Origin: Bugula neritina
Taxonomy: Eukaryota > Animalia > Bryozoa
DNA: 64,000 nucleotides
Direction of reading: 5' to 3'
NCBI GenBank assembly: GCA_964035545.1
Contig: OZ037767.1
Span: 5,162,707 to 5,226,706 of the forward strand
Each line of letters begins with the position of its first letter. Within the stretch, counting starts at the first letter, position 1. The position numbers and the translations under genes were made by a program. This document shows, in pieces, positions 1 through 13,400 of the stretch. The notes under the pieces are model-generated. The model was given only the letters and a program-made list of their open reading frames with translations. It was not told the DNA's origin and searched no databases.

Positions 1-71
1 AAAATTACAGAGAGCTAAGTTTAACATGCTTTTTTGATAGCAAAAAGGACTAAATAGGCATTAGCACTTAC

Positions 72-3000
72 CAGTGTAGGGGGCATAACTCTCTTAGTGT
101 TCCCTTTGTTCATGTGTTCAGTGAAGGCTGTATAATAAAGCTGCCGGTCGCTGTCAGTCATACAATGATAGCAGAGTCTGCATGTGGCTGACTCACAGCT
201 GCAAAACAAGATTAAAATCTGTAAAGACTTCCCCCACTGGGATTCTAACCACAGACCTCCAGCTTGCAGACTAATGTGCTAACCATTACACCAGTCAATA
301 CTCAATACTACAGAATCTCCACGCAATAAACTTGTGCATACGAGTATTCAACTGTTTAATATCCCACAGATGAATGAAAAGTACTCAAAACAGTTCACCA
401 ACATACCTGCAGATTACCTATGGCCATATTAATAAAACTGGGAGAAATAGTAAAGCGCCGTTTGTAATGTTTCTTGTTTGTTGTACGTTTGCGTGGGTAA
501 TAATTAAGATGAGACCATTGGAATAATGTATCGTGACGTTTATTATTGTAAGGTATAAAGCATACAGCTTGACAGCATAGAAAGAACTGCTGGTGATCAT
601 AAGTGTAAGGTATATATATATAACATAGGAATGAATCACAAATCTACGACATCATATGTATTAATAGCATATTACTGTTAGGTATATAAATAACTCGGCA
701 ATTGTAAACAACATTATACTACACCGTTTACCTGTTGGAGCATTGTGTTGCGCATAGAGCTGGCTGCACACTCAGGTCTTTAGGGCCGGACACCATTTCT
801 CTACTGTTAATGTCTAGCTTACTGTGATGGTCAATAGTAGATGCTAAGCCAATCAGATGCAGTGTATTAAACACTACTTGCTCATACAGCAAACGATTGG
901 CTGAAAAGTGTTTAGAGGAGAGATTTGGAGACATGTTAACCTAAAAGAAATTATAAATAACCACACAATACAATTTGAACTCTCATAAGCCTGAGAGAAA
1001 CTATAAGATACTCTATTGATCACACAGCATGCATAAATACACATCTATGTCTATACTTATATTGAATCAGGTTACAATTTAGCTTGAAGCCATTATAATA
1101 AATAATTAAAGTGAAAGGAAACAGATAAATAAAAAGAATTCACCACAAATATTAATTTGCTGAAAAAGCGGCTTTCTTTTTTAGTAAAGCATGAAACACA
1201 GTCTTGTTGTAAGCGTCACGCATTTGTTTACAATATAATATGATAAACTTATCATGAGCCAAGTAAATGAAAAACTACTAGCAGAATATAACATATAAAT
1301 TACCAGCTCAGCCTGTTGAGCTTTGTATAAGACACATCATAGAGTTTACACTCCCAATACTGAGACTATGAGCTATAATTTTCATGAAAATAAAAAAGAC
1401 AACTGAATGAAAGCTATATTAATTACACTACTCTTATTGAAAATAATTTCAATTGCAAATAGTTCTGGCAAAATACTTAAATACCAATATATTATTGTGA
1501 CATGACTAGTGCATCTTATTAAATTTACTTTAGTTCATTTAAACACAAATGAAATATAAACGGAAATCACACTGTAGCTGGTGAAGGAATTAGAAGCAAA
1601 GGCATGCCTAGCACAAAAATCATAAATAATATTGCTAGTTATAGAGTTTAAGTAAACCTATATTCCCTTGAAGAGAAGACGATTCCCAGCATAGCAACTC
1701 ACCTCCATTAAATACAGTTCCATGTCCTCATCAACAACAAAGTCAAATCTCACCATTTCAAAAAAATTGCTACAAAATAAGTTTGTAAAATGCCGTAGCA
1801 GCAAATATTACATTGCACTAACATGCCATCTATTAAGTTAGAGCTATGTGTGATGCATGCAAATTTAATGTAGTTTTCTTTTAGTTCTTCTAAACCTGCG
1901 TATGCTTCAAGATACAAATACACCAGGTTAACCTTACACTGGCAATTACTGAGATAAAGCATAAGTATGAGTGGGTGGTTACAACACAAGTAGAGGTGTG
2001 ACCCTACTACCTAGCAGGTGAGTGAGGCTGATAAGTAAAATCTATCGAGATGAATAATGTGACACAACAAATCAGATTTGTGATTGGGACCAACTTTTTG
2101 CTAGTGTTTTAAGAAATGTAGATTTCCCACAGCCCACCAAACACAGAGACAAACACAAAGGCTGTCACACAAAATTTGATGACCTGCTTACAAAGAATTC
2201 AGGATTCTCTATGACGAGCGTTTAAAACTGTAATAAATGCTATACAACGAAAGAGCTTTTATATATAAAATTTTCTTTTTCAAAAATCAAAGTTTTTGAA
2301 GCAAAGGAAAACTTACTTGTGGTTATAGCTTTGCAGACTTTCTCTCATCTTGCTGAGTTTAGCCAAATACACCTCGGCTACGCTAGCCTCAATTTGAGCA
2401 AATAACTTAGCCGGATCTTTCCCCATGTCAATAATATACTGACGTAGAGATTGCTTGGCAGTGAAACCACTCTTATAATATTGGTTAAGCTGCGGGATCT
2501 CCCAGATAGGGGTGTATGAATCGGTGACCACGTATTTCTCTCGGTCGGCTGCGTCAAATGGATGGTAGTCATGGGAACAGAACCTGCAACAACATAAACC
2601 TGAGTGTGCAGAGAAGAGAAACCCAAACTAAAACAAGTCAAACTTCTAGTTATCTGAGGTTAATCATAGAAATTGTCAGGACGAGTAGCAAATGTCAACA
2701 TAAATAACAAATGTTAGATAAAGTAGCAAATATCAGTACCAAGTAACAAATTTGTTATCAGAAGTTGCAAATTTGTTAAGTAATGATAGGGTTACAGTCA
2801 ATTTCGGTGGATAAAATAATTATAGATAGGCAAGTTAAATAACATATCCAATAGATTTGCTGATGCACACCATGCACACCTGTGTTAGTTTCTCACATAT
2901 CTTTCTATTATAAGGTCACATCACGCTCATATATGAGGATAACTCATTCTCATGATTACACACAACTGTTCCAAATAGAGATAAAGAAGAAAGAAGTACT

Positions 3001-5015
3001 AAAAATCTCACCTCAACAAAAATTCGTGATCAACTATATATATTCTAAGTGGCTCTATGGAGGTGATTATAGTGTAGATTCCTATATCAAACTTCCGCTT
3101 GTTTATTAGTAATGGCTTTTCCACAAACTCTTGCACAAAAGTGTTGGAAGCAGATAAATCCAAACCTGTGAAGAAAAAACAAACATTATACAGTATTAAC
3201 AGCAATGTGAATGGCTGATAACAAAACTCAAACTGGAATAAGAGAATCTCTTACTAAACAGTTTAGTTGAATGCAAAAGTATGTGGAAATCAATTTTTTC
3301 CATCAGATGCTGTGTCAACTTGCAAAATCTTTCCTCAAATGATTTTGAATAAAATTTAGTCAATTAGTTTTTCTTAGTAATTTGACCCACAATGCATTTC
3401 ACAGCAATAAATGTATTTGTAGCAGTTTATCATCTCAAGAACATGTGGATAAATTCTAGCTCTTCCATAGCTATCCTGTGCGATTTTATAATAAATATTA
3501 GAAAATACTAACCATCGATGGGCGTTATTTTAACACCTCTGTGTTTGTTACTCTTTTGAACCCACAGCTTCTCCGGGTATTCCTTAGCCTAAAACACAGT
3601 AAATACTCACACTACTGAATACCAATACTTATATTACTGACTACTGATACTCACACTACTGAATACCAATACTTATATTAGTGACTACTGATACTAACAC
3701 TACTGACTACTGATACTTATATTACTGACTACTGAACACCAATACTTATATTAGTGACTACTGATACTAACACCAGTTAATACTGATATCAATATCAGAA
3801 AATTTAAAAAGAAAAACTTGATTATAATTAATAGCGTTTTGAAATTTAAAAACAATTTTCAAAAACGTAAATAAATGAATACCATATTAGTTATATAAAG
3901 ATTGTTACAGTTATTTAGATACATACGTATGCTTTAAACTTTGATTCTTCTGTCGGGAGTTGAAAAGCCTTAGGCACATGCTTGAGAGGACTAGTTGCTA
4001 ACGTGACTTTACTGGTGACGTACCCCGAACCTGGCCACTTGTTCACCTGAAAACCAAAACCAGTGCTCAGACTACAAACTTACGGATTCTCATTGCGACA
4101 AAATATTAATTGGCAAAAAAACTCGAGAAAGTGTACCTTCTGGTGTGGCTTTAGATTAATAAGAAGTTGTTTAGTGTTTGCATCACTGAATGGGTACTCG
4201 TGAGACCACAGAAGATCCCAGTCACTGTATGTACCACCGTCTAGACTGTAACCTATTGATTGTAGAACCGCTGTTACATGTTTGAGGTAACCAGTCTCCA
4301 GCTGTAAGCAACACAAGTGTAATATATTGAAGGAACAGTATTCTAGATAGACTATCTTAGAATATCTAATAACTGACTATAAACTAACATAATTAAAACA
4401 TGTAAAAAAGGTTTACTGCATTTCAAACAAATGAAATGTTTTTGATTGGCTAAGGTGTTGCTATGCAATCACAATCAGACTTGGACTAAAATATAAGTTA
4501 AAACTTAACTATAATACATGCCAAAAATCTTTAATTTAGTTTTATGTTAGCACTCTTGGAGTTTTCCATGCTGGTTTAACATCTTCAAAAAACTTAGCAC
4601 AACTTATAATATAATAGAGTGAGCTCATACATGGCTAGCTTTAATCCACACTTGCTTGCTTCTGATCAGTTTGTTATACTGTGAATGTGATGCAGATGAA
4701 CTACACATCGTGTTCCTCTTAGAAACGAGGCTCAACTCTGCCGAGAGCCTTTTAGTCTGATACACATTCAAAGATATTGCAATTAGACACGCAACCAACA
4801 GTAGGGTGGGGACGTTGGCATAACATCGCAGATTTCGGCTAGAGCAGCGACCAACCGCTAACACACGCTGACAAAAACCAACTTTATGATCCTACAACAT
4901 ATAGGATATAAAAAGTTTTAAAAACGACAGGCAAAGTTTAAATAAATTGGCTTCACAAGTGAAAACTTATACATACCTTTAGTGTGTAACCACTGTCATA
5001 TTCACAAAGGTTCAT
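72..5015 (-). CDS. TTLL15-like tubulin-tyrosine-ligase-family (ATP-grasp) protein with N-terminal transmembrane segment; 3' end lies beyond the left edge
   Basis: Ten phase-consistent GT-AG exons: 5015-4977, 4891-4631, 4301-4137, 4046-3927, 3588-3513, 3165-3012, 2583-2317, 1769-1703, 940-732, 198-72. TTL-family motifs: WDLLW, QKVNKWPG, WVQKS..HRG, QEFVEKPLLINKRKFDIGIY, LLRFC, FEMVRFDFVVD, LMEVNMSPN (catalytic ExN). The ttll-15 subfamily call is from recollection of the family, not from a search. Confidence 0.88.
229..300 (-). mobile_element. tRNA-derived SINE head or tRNA pseudogene in a TTLL intron
   Basis: Minus strand reads TGGTGTAATGGTTAGCAC (A box) ... CTGCAAG (GCA-like anticodon loop) ... 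GGTTAGAATCCC (degenerate B box). The acceptor stem does not pair. Confidence 0.55.
3598..3790. repeat. Degenerate minisatellite (ATACTCACACTACTGA / ATACTTATATTACTGACTACTG units)
   Basis: Visible tandem units starting about 10 nt from the acceptor of TTLL exon 5. Confidence 0.8.
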
Positions 5016-5093
5016 TTTAACCTCTTTTCTTTTACACTACACCAACCAAACGTTACATCTACAAAAACAATTTAAAATGAATGCTTACTCATA

Positions 5094-5874
5094 TTAAAGG
5101 ATTGCTCAATCTTAGTTTATTACAATCACATTATAATTATGAACTATAATCTAATGTGTATGCAAACAATTGCGACTTTGCAAAGGGATATGTGCCTAGA
5201 AAACAGCTTTTCAAAATTCCAATTTTGAGGGAGGTAAAATTTTCAGCCATGAAAAAGAATAGCCTAATACGTGACGTGTGAATGCCAGTAACTATGCTGC
5301 ACGTGCTAACTATAACGCTAGTATTCAAGGTTGCTGAGCACAACATCAACCAATAACGCTCAAGCAGTTACAGTGCGCTATATAGGTCAGCTTTGGTGTG
5401 CCCGTAATATTGCACGTAATATCTGACCTAGTTTAGATCGATCGCAGGCATTCATCCTAAAGAATGCATGTTTTTGCAATGCTTTTTTCTAATGTTTACA
5501 AGCAAAATATGGCCTAATGTTATCACATACATGTTATTTAAAATGTCAAAAAACTATAGGTTGAGATAATTCACATTTGCACTTCTATAAATATACAAAT
5601 TACGAGCTGAAAGATCACATCTCACAGTCATATTTCTATAGTTATTCATTGGTATAGTCACGTGACCAGCAGGAATGCTGGCGCTGTTACGTCACATTTT
5701 CCAGCTCATTTCAAAATCGGCGTTTTGGCTGTTACCAATCTACACCCTCAACTTCAACTAACTTTTTCTACCTTTGGTCAAATGCTTTTTGTCAATGCAT
5801 GTTTAGAAAAACACAATATTATGTGTGTTTGACCTAAATGGCCATTTATTAGACAAGATAGAGCAATCCTTTAA
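5094..5874. mobile_element. Non-autonomous TIR DNA transposon (Kolobok-like MITE), about 770 bp, TTAA-flanked
   Basis: Left end TTAA|AGGATTGCTCAATCTT (5094-5113). Right end AAGATAGAGCAATCCT|TTAA (5855-5874). Inverted match 19/20. A TTAA TSD with AG...CT termini fits Kolobok. No transposase ORF. Confidence 0.75.
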
Positions 5875-7481
5875 CTCAGTTTTATATTCACAATTACTTT
5901 GCCTATGTTCTGATGTTTAATCATACTATTGCTATTTTAAAGCTAGAAGAATATTTGTAACAACACAGAAATATGCCATTTATTGCAACTTAGTAGAACT
6001 ATAACATGCCATTAAGACATAATAAGTATGGTATGTTTAAGTACTTTATTGATTATCAAGCATATTATAATGCAAATTCTAAGCATACAAATTAAAAAGA
6101 TTGTTGGCTAAATGCAAACTTTTACAACAAATCAATGTAAGTATCACATCCACTGAAGGGCATTTAGCTCAGGGTACGCCATAATTTTTCCCATGCAAAC
6201 ACTGTATTGATTTAAAGTGCAAATTTATTTATTCAAAAGTTTAATGATTTTAAATGTTCAAATTTGTACGCAATCTAATGAGAACTAGTGTTACTGTTGA
6301 TGTTTTGCTTGCGATGAATCAACGGGGATAATTTCCAGCCATCTAAATAAAAAGTGAAATTATCACAATTGTTAGAGTGATAACTACAGATAATTAAAAA
6401 TGAGAAATTGACTGTAGCCTAGAGTTCTTAAGCAAAGCAATTGAGTAATTGCCAAAATTAATGTCATACTGACAGTCACAGTTCTGTCAAAATATAACAA
6501 TCATCTAATTATTATATAAAGTCATATATCGTTTTAAAACAAAAAGCTGTGGCAAAATTAATTAAAACTGGTGATAGCTCTCTGGCCTAAAATTGTTTGA
6601 TAGCATTCTCTCAGAATAAGAATGGTGCAGATATTTTTTTTTCAAGTTTTTTAACAAGCATTTCCTCAGAAGCAGTGAATGCAACTTGGCTAACCATTTC
6701 AGTGTAAACTGTCAAATTGATTTCCACATTAGAAATACATAGGTCTTATTAAATATACAGTATACACCAAATTCAAAAACTGGTATATTTCAGATTTACT
6801 TTTAGAGGTTACACTCACTCGAAGTTAATGCCTAGGACTAGGAGTCACAATGATATCAATATAAGTCAAAGTAAAACTAATTAACCATAATTAATACTAT
6901 ATTAATATTATTATCATTATGATTTTGATTATAACACAAACTGAGACTCTAATTTTTATCATAAATATCAATTATAAACTTGTAAATTTTTCACGTCTAA
7001 GAAGTTACACTTACTGTTAGTCGAAGTTAAACATTAACAATAAGTATAACTATCACTTATCAATATCAGTATGAACTATGAGATCAGTATGAGTATGAGT
7101 ATGAGTATCACTATCAGTATAACTAATAGGTTTACTAATACTATTATATTTAGTTTTACCATAGCATTAACTTATAACTACGTTTAACAGTAACACTAAC
7201 ATTAACTTTAAGTTTAACTCAAACTGTGATACTGATAGTGATAATCATAATGATATTCAAATTGATATTCATACTTATTTTATTATCATCATAAATGTTA
7301 GCATATCATTATATTATAGCCTATAGGTAAATTTTACTATCAAGTAAAGTGCAATCGTTTCCAAATTAAGTGTTTTCAAAAGATTATATTGGTTATATTA
7401 TATTAACAATAATGATATTATGTAATATTACATGCTCGTGGTGATAAAAGCAATTTCTTAGAACTAAAAGCCAGTGTAGTC

Positions 7482-7822
7482 AGACTTGAATCTTTCTATA
7501 AGCAGCTCCGAGTTGGAGGTGAGCGAGTGCAGTAGTTCGAGATTCTCAAGTTTAGATTTGGGGGACGAAACTCCACATTTGAGAACTTCAAACTACTGCA
7601 CTCATTCTCTCTCAACTTGACGCTGCTTGTCACATCTTGTCAAAATTTGCGTAATGGTTTTTATAAGCAGCTTCGCATTGGAGGTAATTAGGTGCAGTAG
7701 TCTGTAACTCTTAAGTTTGCAGTTGGGGGGTTTCAATAAGCCCCAATTTTAAGCTTAGGAACTGCAAATTCTTATACTCAATTACTCTAAATTCAGAGCT
7801 GCTCATAGAACCTTTCAAATCT
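7482..7822. repeat. Foldback element made of two tandem palindromic units
   Basis: Unit 1 (7500-7628): AAGCAGC...GAGTGCAGTAGTT...AACTACTGCACTC...GCTGCTT. Unit 2 (7662-7810) is a diverged copy. The outer ends TTCTATAAGCAGCTC and GAGCTGCTCATAGAA are inverted. Confidence 0.7.
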
Positions 7823-9276
7823 AAGACTTGTTGATAACGTAGCAGGCTATTCAAAATTATTTTTCAAGATTTTATGCAGGCATATCTCTCTTCCTCAACT
7901 CTTCTCTACTTCATTCCCCCAATCTCTCTTGCACAGACACTCTCCATCCTATTTTTCAAAATCAATGCTCTACTAGTCTGTTGAATTGACACAGTCTATA
8001 GTTGTGCTCTCTCTGCACGGCAAGAGGAATAACTGTTGAGCAATAAATCCATAATGTGATGTAGCACTACAATTCTTATCTTTCTCTACTACTACTACTT
8101 TCATTCTACTGTTACTCGGTCTTTTAATGTTGACAACCCAATCTCTACTGCTAGTTTAAACATAGAATAAATTCCTAGTTATTCAGATATTCTTCATGGA
8201 TTGTCATTTTGTTTTTGTAGCTATCATATGACAAAGTCTTACAAATACATAACATATAGCTTTAAAATGTTTCTCTTCCTTTTAAAAACAATGATTATAA
8301 ATTATTCATAGCTGTAGCCATAGTCAAGCCATTAGGTACACCCGGTTGTGGTCATGGCCCAATTTTAGTTCATCTTGTTTGCATATTTACCACCAGCAAT
8401 AGTTATATTAATGAAGCAATGTGCTTCATGAACTATTTAAGCTATCTAGTAAGTATTTTAAAAGGTTTCTATTTTGTTGTTAACAATCTAAGACCAACTA
8501 CTTTACATCCTATACTTAACTTTGGACTTTCTACTAAATCATGTGCCCAATATCAACGTATATAGTCTGTAAACAACATTTAACTAGCTCTGTATTAATT
8601 TGACTAAAGCACACAACACTTTTATTTTGGTACTTGAAATTGTTGTTCTATGCTGCATAGCCACAAACAAGCAGTTGTGTTTAGATGTAGAGTATGCAAC
8701 TTTAATAAGTCTAAATCATAGAAGGAATTTCAAACATTTCTTTTCAATAAATCACTAATACTTGCAACCATTTAATAACAACATACTGTGAATGTCTGGT
8801 AATGGGTCTAGCTATGCTACCAATAAAGCTAACATGCTGTACGCAGTTTAACTTATAATGCTCTCACTTTTATTTTAGAAATGGGCATTCAGCTATTTAG
8901 CCCATTAACTCCTAGAATTAGCTGAGCTCTCATGGTACTGCATGACATGGTACAACAGGTGTGAAAGTGAAGTTGAAGCAAGCTCTAGCCTGTTTAGCAT
9001 TGAATACTTTTATTAAAGACGATTCTCCTCATGTTATTAACCTGCTGAATATTTCACTGTACCATATTATTCAGTTGAAAATTTTCAGAAAGAGCAAGAT
9101 ACAATGACACTTACGATCTTATTACTGTATTTAGTAACTGGTATTATTATTATTTATTTTGGTATCTAAAAGTACCTAGCTAGTGCTGTCTACTAAGCAG
9201 GTCAAAGTTATAGTCTTATAAAATACTGAAATGCAGCAAAACCCCGGACACTTACTTGATTTTGATATCCAAGCAC

Positions 9277-9367
9277 CACTGCACACACCTGCACACCACT
9301 CCACACACCTGCACATGTCTGCACACATCTGCACACGCCTGCACACACCTGCACACACCTGCACACC
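9277..9367. repeat. 10-bp minisatellite (GCACACACCT)n
   Basis: About 9 visible tandem copies; source of the spurious ORFs at 9176-9443. Confidence 0.9.
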
Positions 9368-9782
9368 CATGACTACAGTAACAGCAAGGACAAGGTTTAA
9401 CAACCACATATTTTAACTTCTGGACTTCTGTTTTCAGGCTCATATATGCAGACTGATTCTTTACACAAAGGGTTTATTTCTTTTTCCCATTATGTTTAAT
9501 TATATTATTTATAGCACAATTTAGCTTATATCATATTATGTAATTAACATACAAAAATGTGTTTGTGATTGAAATTTGTAATTACTATAATATTAGAGTC
9601 AGTAATTCGAAATCAATAGGCCTTCCTTATGGCTTATTATTTACTGCACCAACAACTTGTAGCTGAACTTACAACTGCATTGATTGCATGTATTTTAACT
9701 ATGAATGATTATAGCTGGTCAGAATATCAACTCCATCGTATTATTATAATTATTATAAACATAAATTTGCTTTCAAATGTCA

Positions 9783-9886
9783 GCCAATCAAATTGCACGC
9801 TATTATATGCTCCGTGGTGTGTTGGTCACTTCCATTGTATTTGATTGGCATTCAACACCATCAGACCTACCCAGATTCAGGTGAGA
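9783..9886 (+). promoter_or_regulatory. Candidate GCH1 promoter / non-coding first exon
   Basis: Inverted CCAAT pair GCCAATCAAAT (9783-9793) and ATTTGATTGGC (9839-9849), followed by a strong donor CAG|GTGAG at 9880/9881. Acceptor-like AGs lie just upstream of the ATG at 10468. Confidence 0.35.
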
Positions 9887-10467
9887 CTGACTAATTTTTA
9901 TGAACTCAAATTACTCATGCTATTTTATTATTATTTTTAAAATTTAAAGTGCCAAAGTGGAGTAGTAATTTAACAGCAAGAGTTTGTGCTAAATTCACAC
10001 CATGCATCAAAGTAGCTGTTAATAAAACATTATTTCTATTAATATTGCAGTCACAGAATTTCAGTTGTATAGTTTCATACATAATATATTATTCCTAGAT
10101 TGAGTCAATACTGTAAACCTGTACAGACACCAGCTATAGAGTTGAGAGTAGTAATACTTAGACATAATATGTATGAAATACCTGTAGGCTAAACAGTGTT
10201 TATCATTAAATCCTTACTCCCATAGATAAGCAGATTGAGGTGGCTAGTTTCTGGCAGCCAGCATTGGATGTCCACTCCTAGATCTGAGACTATTTCACAA
10301 ATTCTGTTGAATTGTTTGTCCTGTAATCATCATCCCTGTACTACCTAGTTGCATGCATAATGAGACTTGACAAAATATTCCTAATAATACAATAATATGT
10401 TAATTTGTTGTAGTTAGGTAGCCCTAACTCCTTTTGATTTAGTAGATATTACAGTGCTACCATCATC

Positions 10468-13400
10468 ATGGCAGCTATTTCCAACGGAGAAAGTCGCTTG
10501 CCCACAGCCAAACAGGATTCTCTGGACGCCAATGGGTTTCCTATCATTGAACGAAGGAATACACACTCTGAACTTCTGAATAATCATATGGATAGGGAAG
10601 GTGTTGAAGAAGATGCACACGAGGTTTCTACTTACTCCTCCATTCTACTTACTCCTCCATTCTACTTACTCCTCCATTCTACTTACTCCTCCATTCTACT
10701 TACTCTTCCATTCTACTTACTCTTCCATTTTACTTACTCCTCCATTCTACTTACTCCTCCATTCTACTTACTCTTCTATTCTACTTACTCCTCCATTCTA
10801 CTTACTCCTCCATTTTACTTACTCTTCTATTCTACTTACTCCTCCATTCTACTTACTCCTCCATTCTACTTACTCCTCCATTCTACTTACTCCTCCATTC
10901 TACTTACTCCTCCATTCTACTTACTCTTCCATTCTACTTACTCCTCCATTCTACTTACTCCTCCATTCTACTTACTCCTCCATTCTACATACTCCTCTAT
11001 TCTACTTACTACTCCATTCTACTTACTTCTCCATTCTACTTACTCCTCCATTCTACTTACTCCTCCATTCTACTTACTCCTCCATTCTACTTACTCTTCC
11101 ATTCTACTTACTCCTCCATTCTACTTACTCCTCCATTTTACTTACTCCTCCATTCTACTTACTCCTTTTTACTACTTACTTCTTCCTCTTACTTACCCTA
11201 ACCTTCTACTCACTCCTTTTGTTACTTACTCCTTTCTGCTAGTTTTACATGATTTCTATTACTCAGAGTCCTTAATTTAAAGGGTATGAGTGTGTGTGTC
11301 TGTGTGTGTCCGTATGTGTCCTGTGTGTGTGTCCGTGCGCGTGTGTGTGTGTCTGTGTGCGTGTGCGTGTGCATGTGTGTTTACATACTTCTGGCATGTT
11401 CTAGCATGCATATTCTGATTCGAATGATCACTGTTTTCTGCCATTTTGCTCTTCAGCGACGTCGCAGCATAGTAGGGAAGGAGCAGCATGATAGACTAGC
11501 TGACATGTCCAATGCAGTCAGATGTATGCTAAAGAGCGTTGGAGAGAATCCTGATAGAGAGGGGCTACTCAAGACCCCCGAGAGAGCTGCAAAGGCATTC
11601 ATGTTCTTCACCAAAGGCTATGAAGACAGTATTTCTGGTATGGAAAGCTATTTATTTCTGTGAAATACTTTGCATATTATGCAGTTAGCTCTGGTGAATG
11701 TAACGGTACAGATTGGTGATAGAATTCTATCAAATAGCTAGACGCTCTGTTTGCTATTTAATGGTTATGTTATACTCCTAGTCTCCTACCACCATATTTT
11801 CTACTTCCGCTTTGTGTGTTGCCCAACAATGAAAGCAGTTCTGTAGGATATGTTGGTATCATACATGTTGGTATCGTATATGTTGGTATCATATATGTTG
11901 GTATCATATACCAACTTCACTAAGTACGAATCCTTAACTATATGACTGCATGGGTAAAATAGTACGCAAGATATACGCACTATACACACTATATGCACAT
12001 GATATTATATACATACTATACACACTATACACACAGTATACAAAAAAATATACTGCATAATATACACAGCTAGGATATACCCACAATATAATAGTCTTGA
12101 TATACACAATGATACATGATGTATACAAACTATACACATAATATACACACTATAATACACACATGATATATATAACACACTATACATATAATATATACAC
12201 TATATACATGGTCTGTATAACACACTATACACATAATATACACGATATATACATGATAAGTACGTTGTAATATATACACTCAATAGGTTAAGATACAATC
12301 CCTAAGTTATTATTGATCCCCTTGAATGAAGATTGGTAATTAAACATAATATTATACACATACATAATAGTGTCCTCACCTTTCTCATTACTTGTAATAT
12401 TATTTTAATCAATAGCGTGGTTGACAAGTTAAAAAATCAATATAATAATCAGCTAAGTCAGCAAGGTGAAAACATCAAGAGATGAGTAGGCTAAGCGACA
12501 GTAGGTGTACATGTTCTTTAAATACTAAATTTTAAGGTCACTCAAACAAATGTGTCTTTCGATGCTTGGCTTCTTACTTCATAAAGGTTTTCTTGTAATT
12601 AGCATTAACACTGCATTCTGATTTTAAAACGAGCACCATTTTGAAGCTACAATTTTGTGACAGGTTTCTATTTGCTAGACTGGATAATAACTTTAAGTAC
12701 TGATTTCCTGATAGAGATTGGTATATAATAGTAACAGATATGATATTATATGGTAATCAATAATTAGTGTAATTTATATTAAATGCAGTGAAGTTCAACT
12801 ATATGTAATGATAGTAATATGTAAAACTCCAACTACACACTAGAGCCTTCAGTTTTACAGGTTTTACTTAAAAAAAGTATTCATAAATTATTTTGTATTA
12901 TGTTAATTTCATAGGCACTAGGAGTTATAATATTTGGTTATCAATCATTCTAGTGGGTGTGGTGTAGAGAACTGTATTATAAACAGGCATTATAACCTGT
13001 ACACCAACTGAAACCTGGAAAATGACACTAACTATAGTATTGCAATCCTCTAGCTAGCAGTCTTAAGCTCCTCACCTATTAATATACATTCTATAAATAT
13101 ACATTCTATAAATATACTTCTATATTCTATTAATCTATTTTTACATGCTATCAATCTGCATTCTATCAATCTATCTTTTACATTTACAACACACTCTTCC
13201 AATCTATTTCTACATTCTACCAAACTTCTTTCATGTTCTTTTAACCTATATCTATCAACCTTCTACATTCTATCAATCTACGTCTACATTCTATCAATCT
13301 ATGTCTGCTGTAGATGTGATCAACGGTGCTATATTCAGGGAGGACACTGATGAGATGGTGGTTGTGAAAAACATTGAAATATTCTCATTATGTGAACATC

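Noticed and set aside
229-300. Possible functional tRNA-Cys gene
   Set aside because: The acceptor stem does not pair and the B box is mutated; treated as a SINE head or pseudogene.
10601-11280. Long ORFs with repeating [17 protein letters not shown]
   Set aside because: Translation of an intronic 17-bp minisatellite; the true GCH1 exon ends at 10623.
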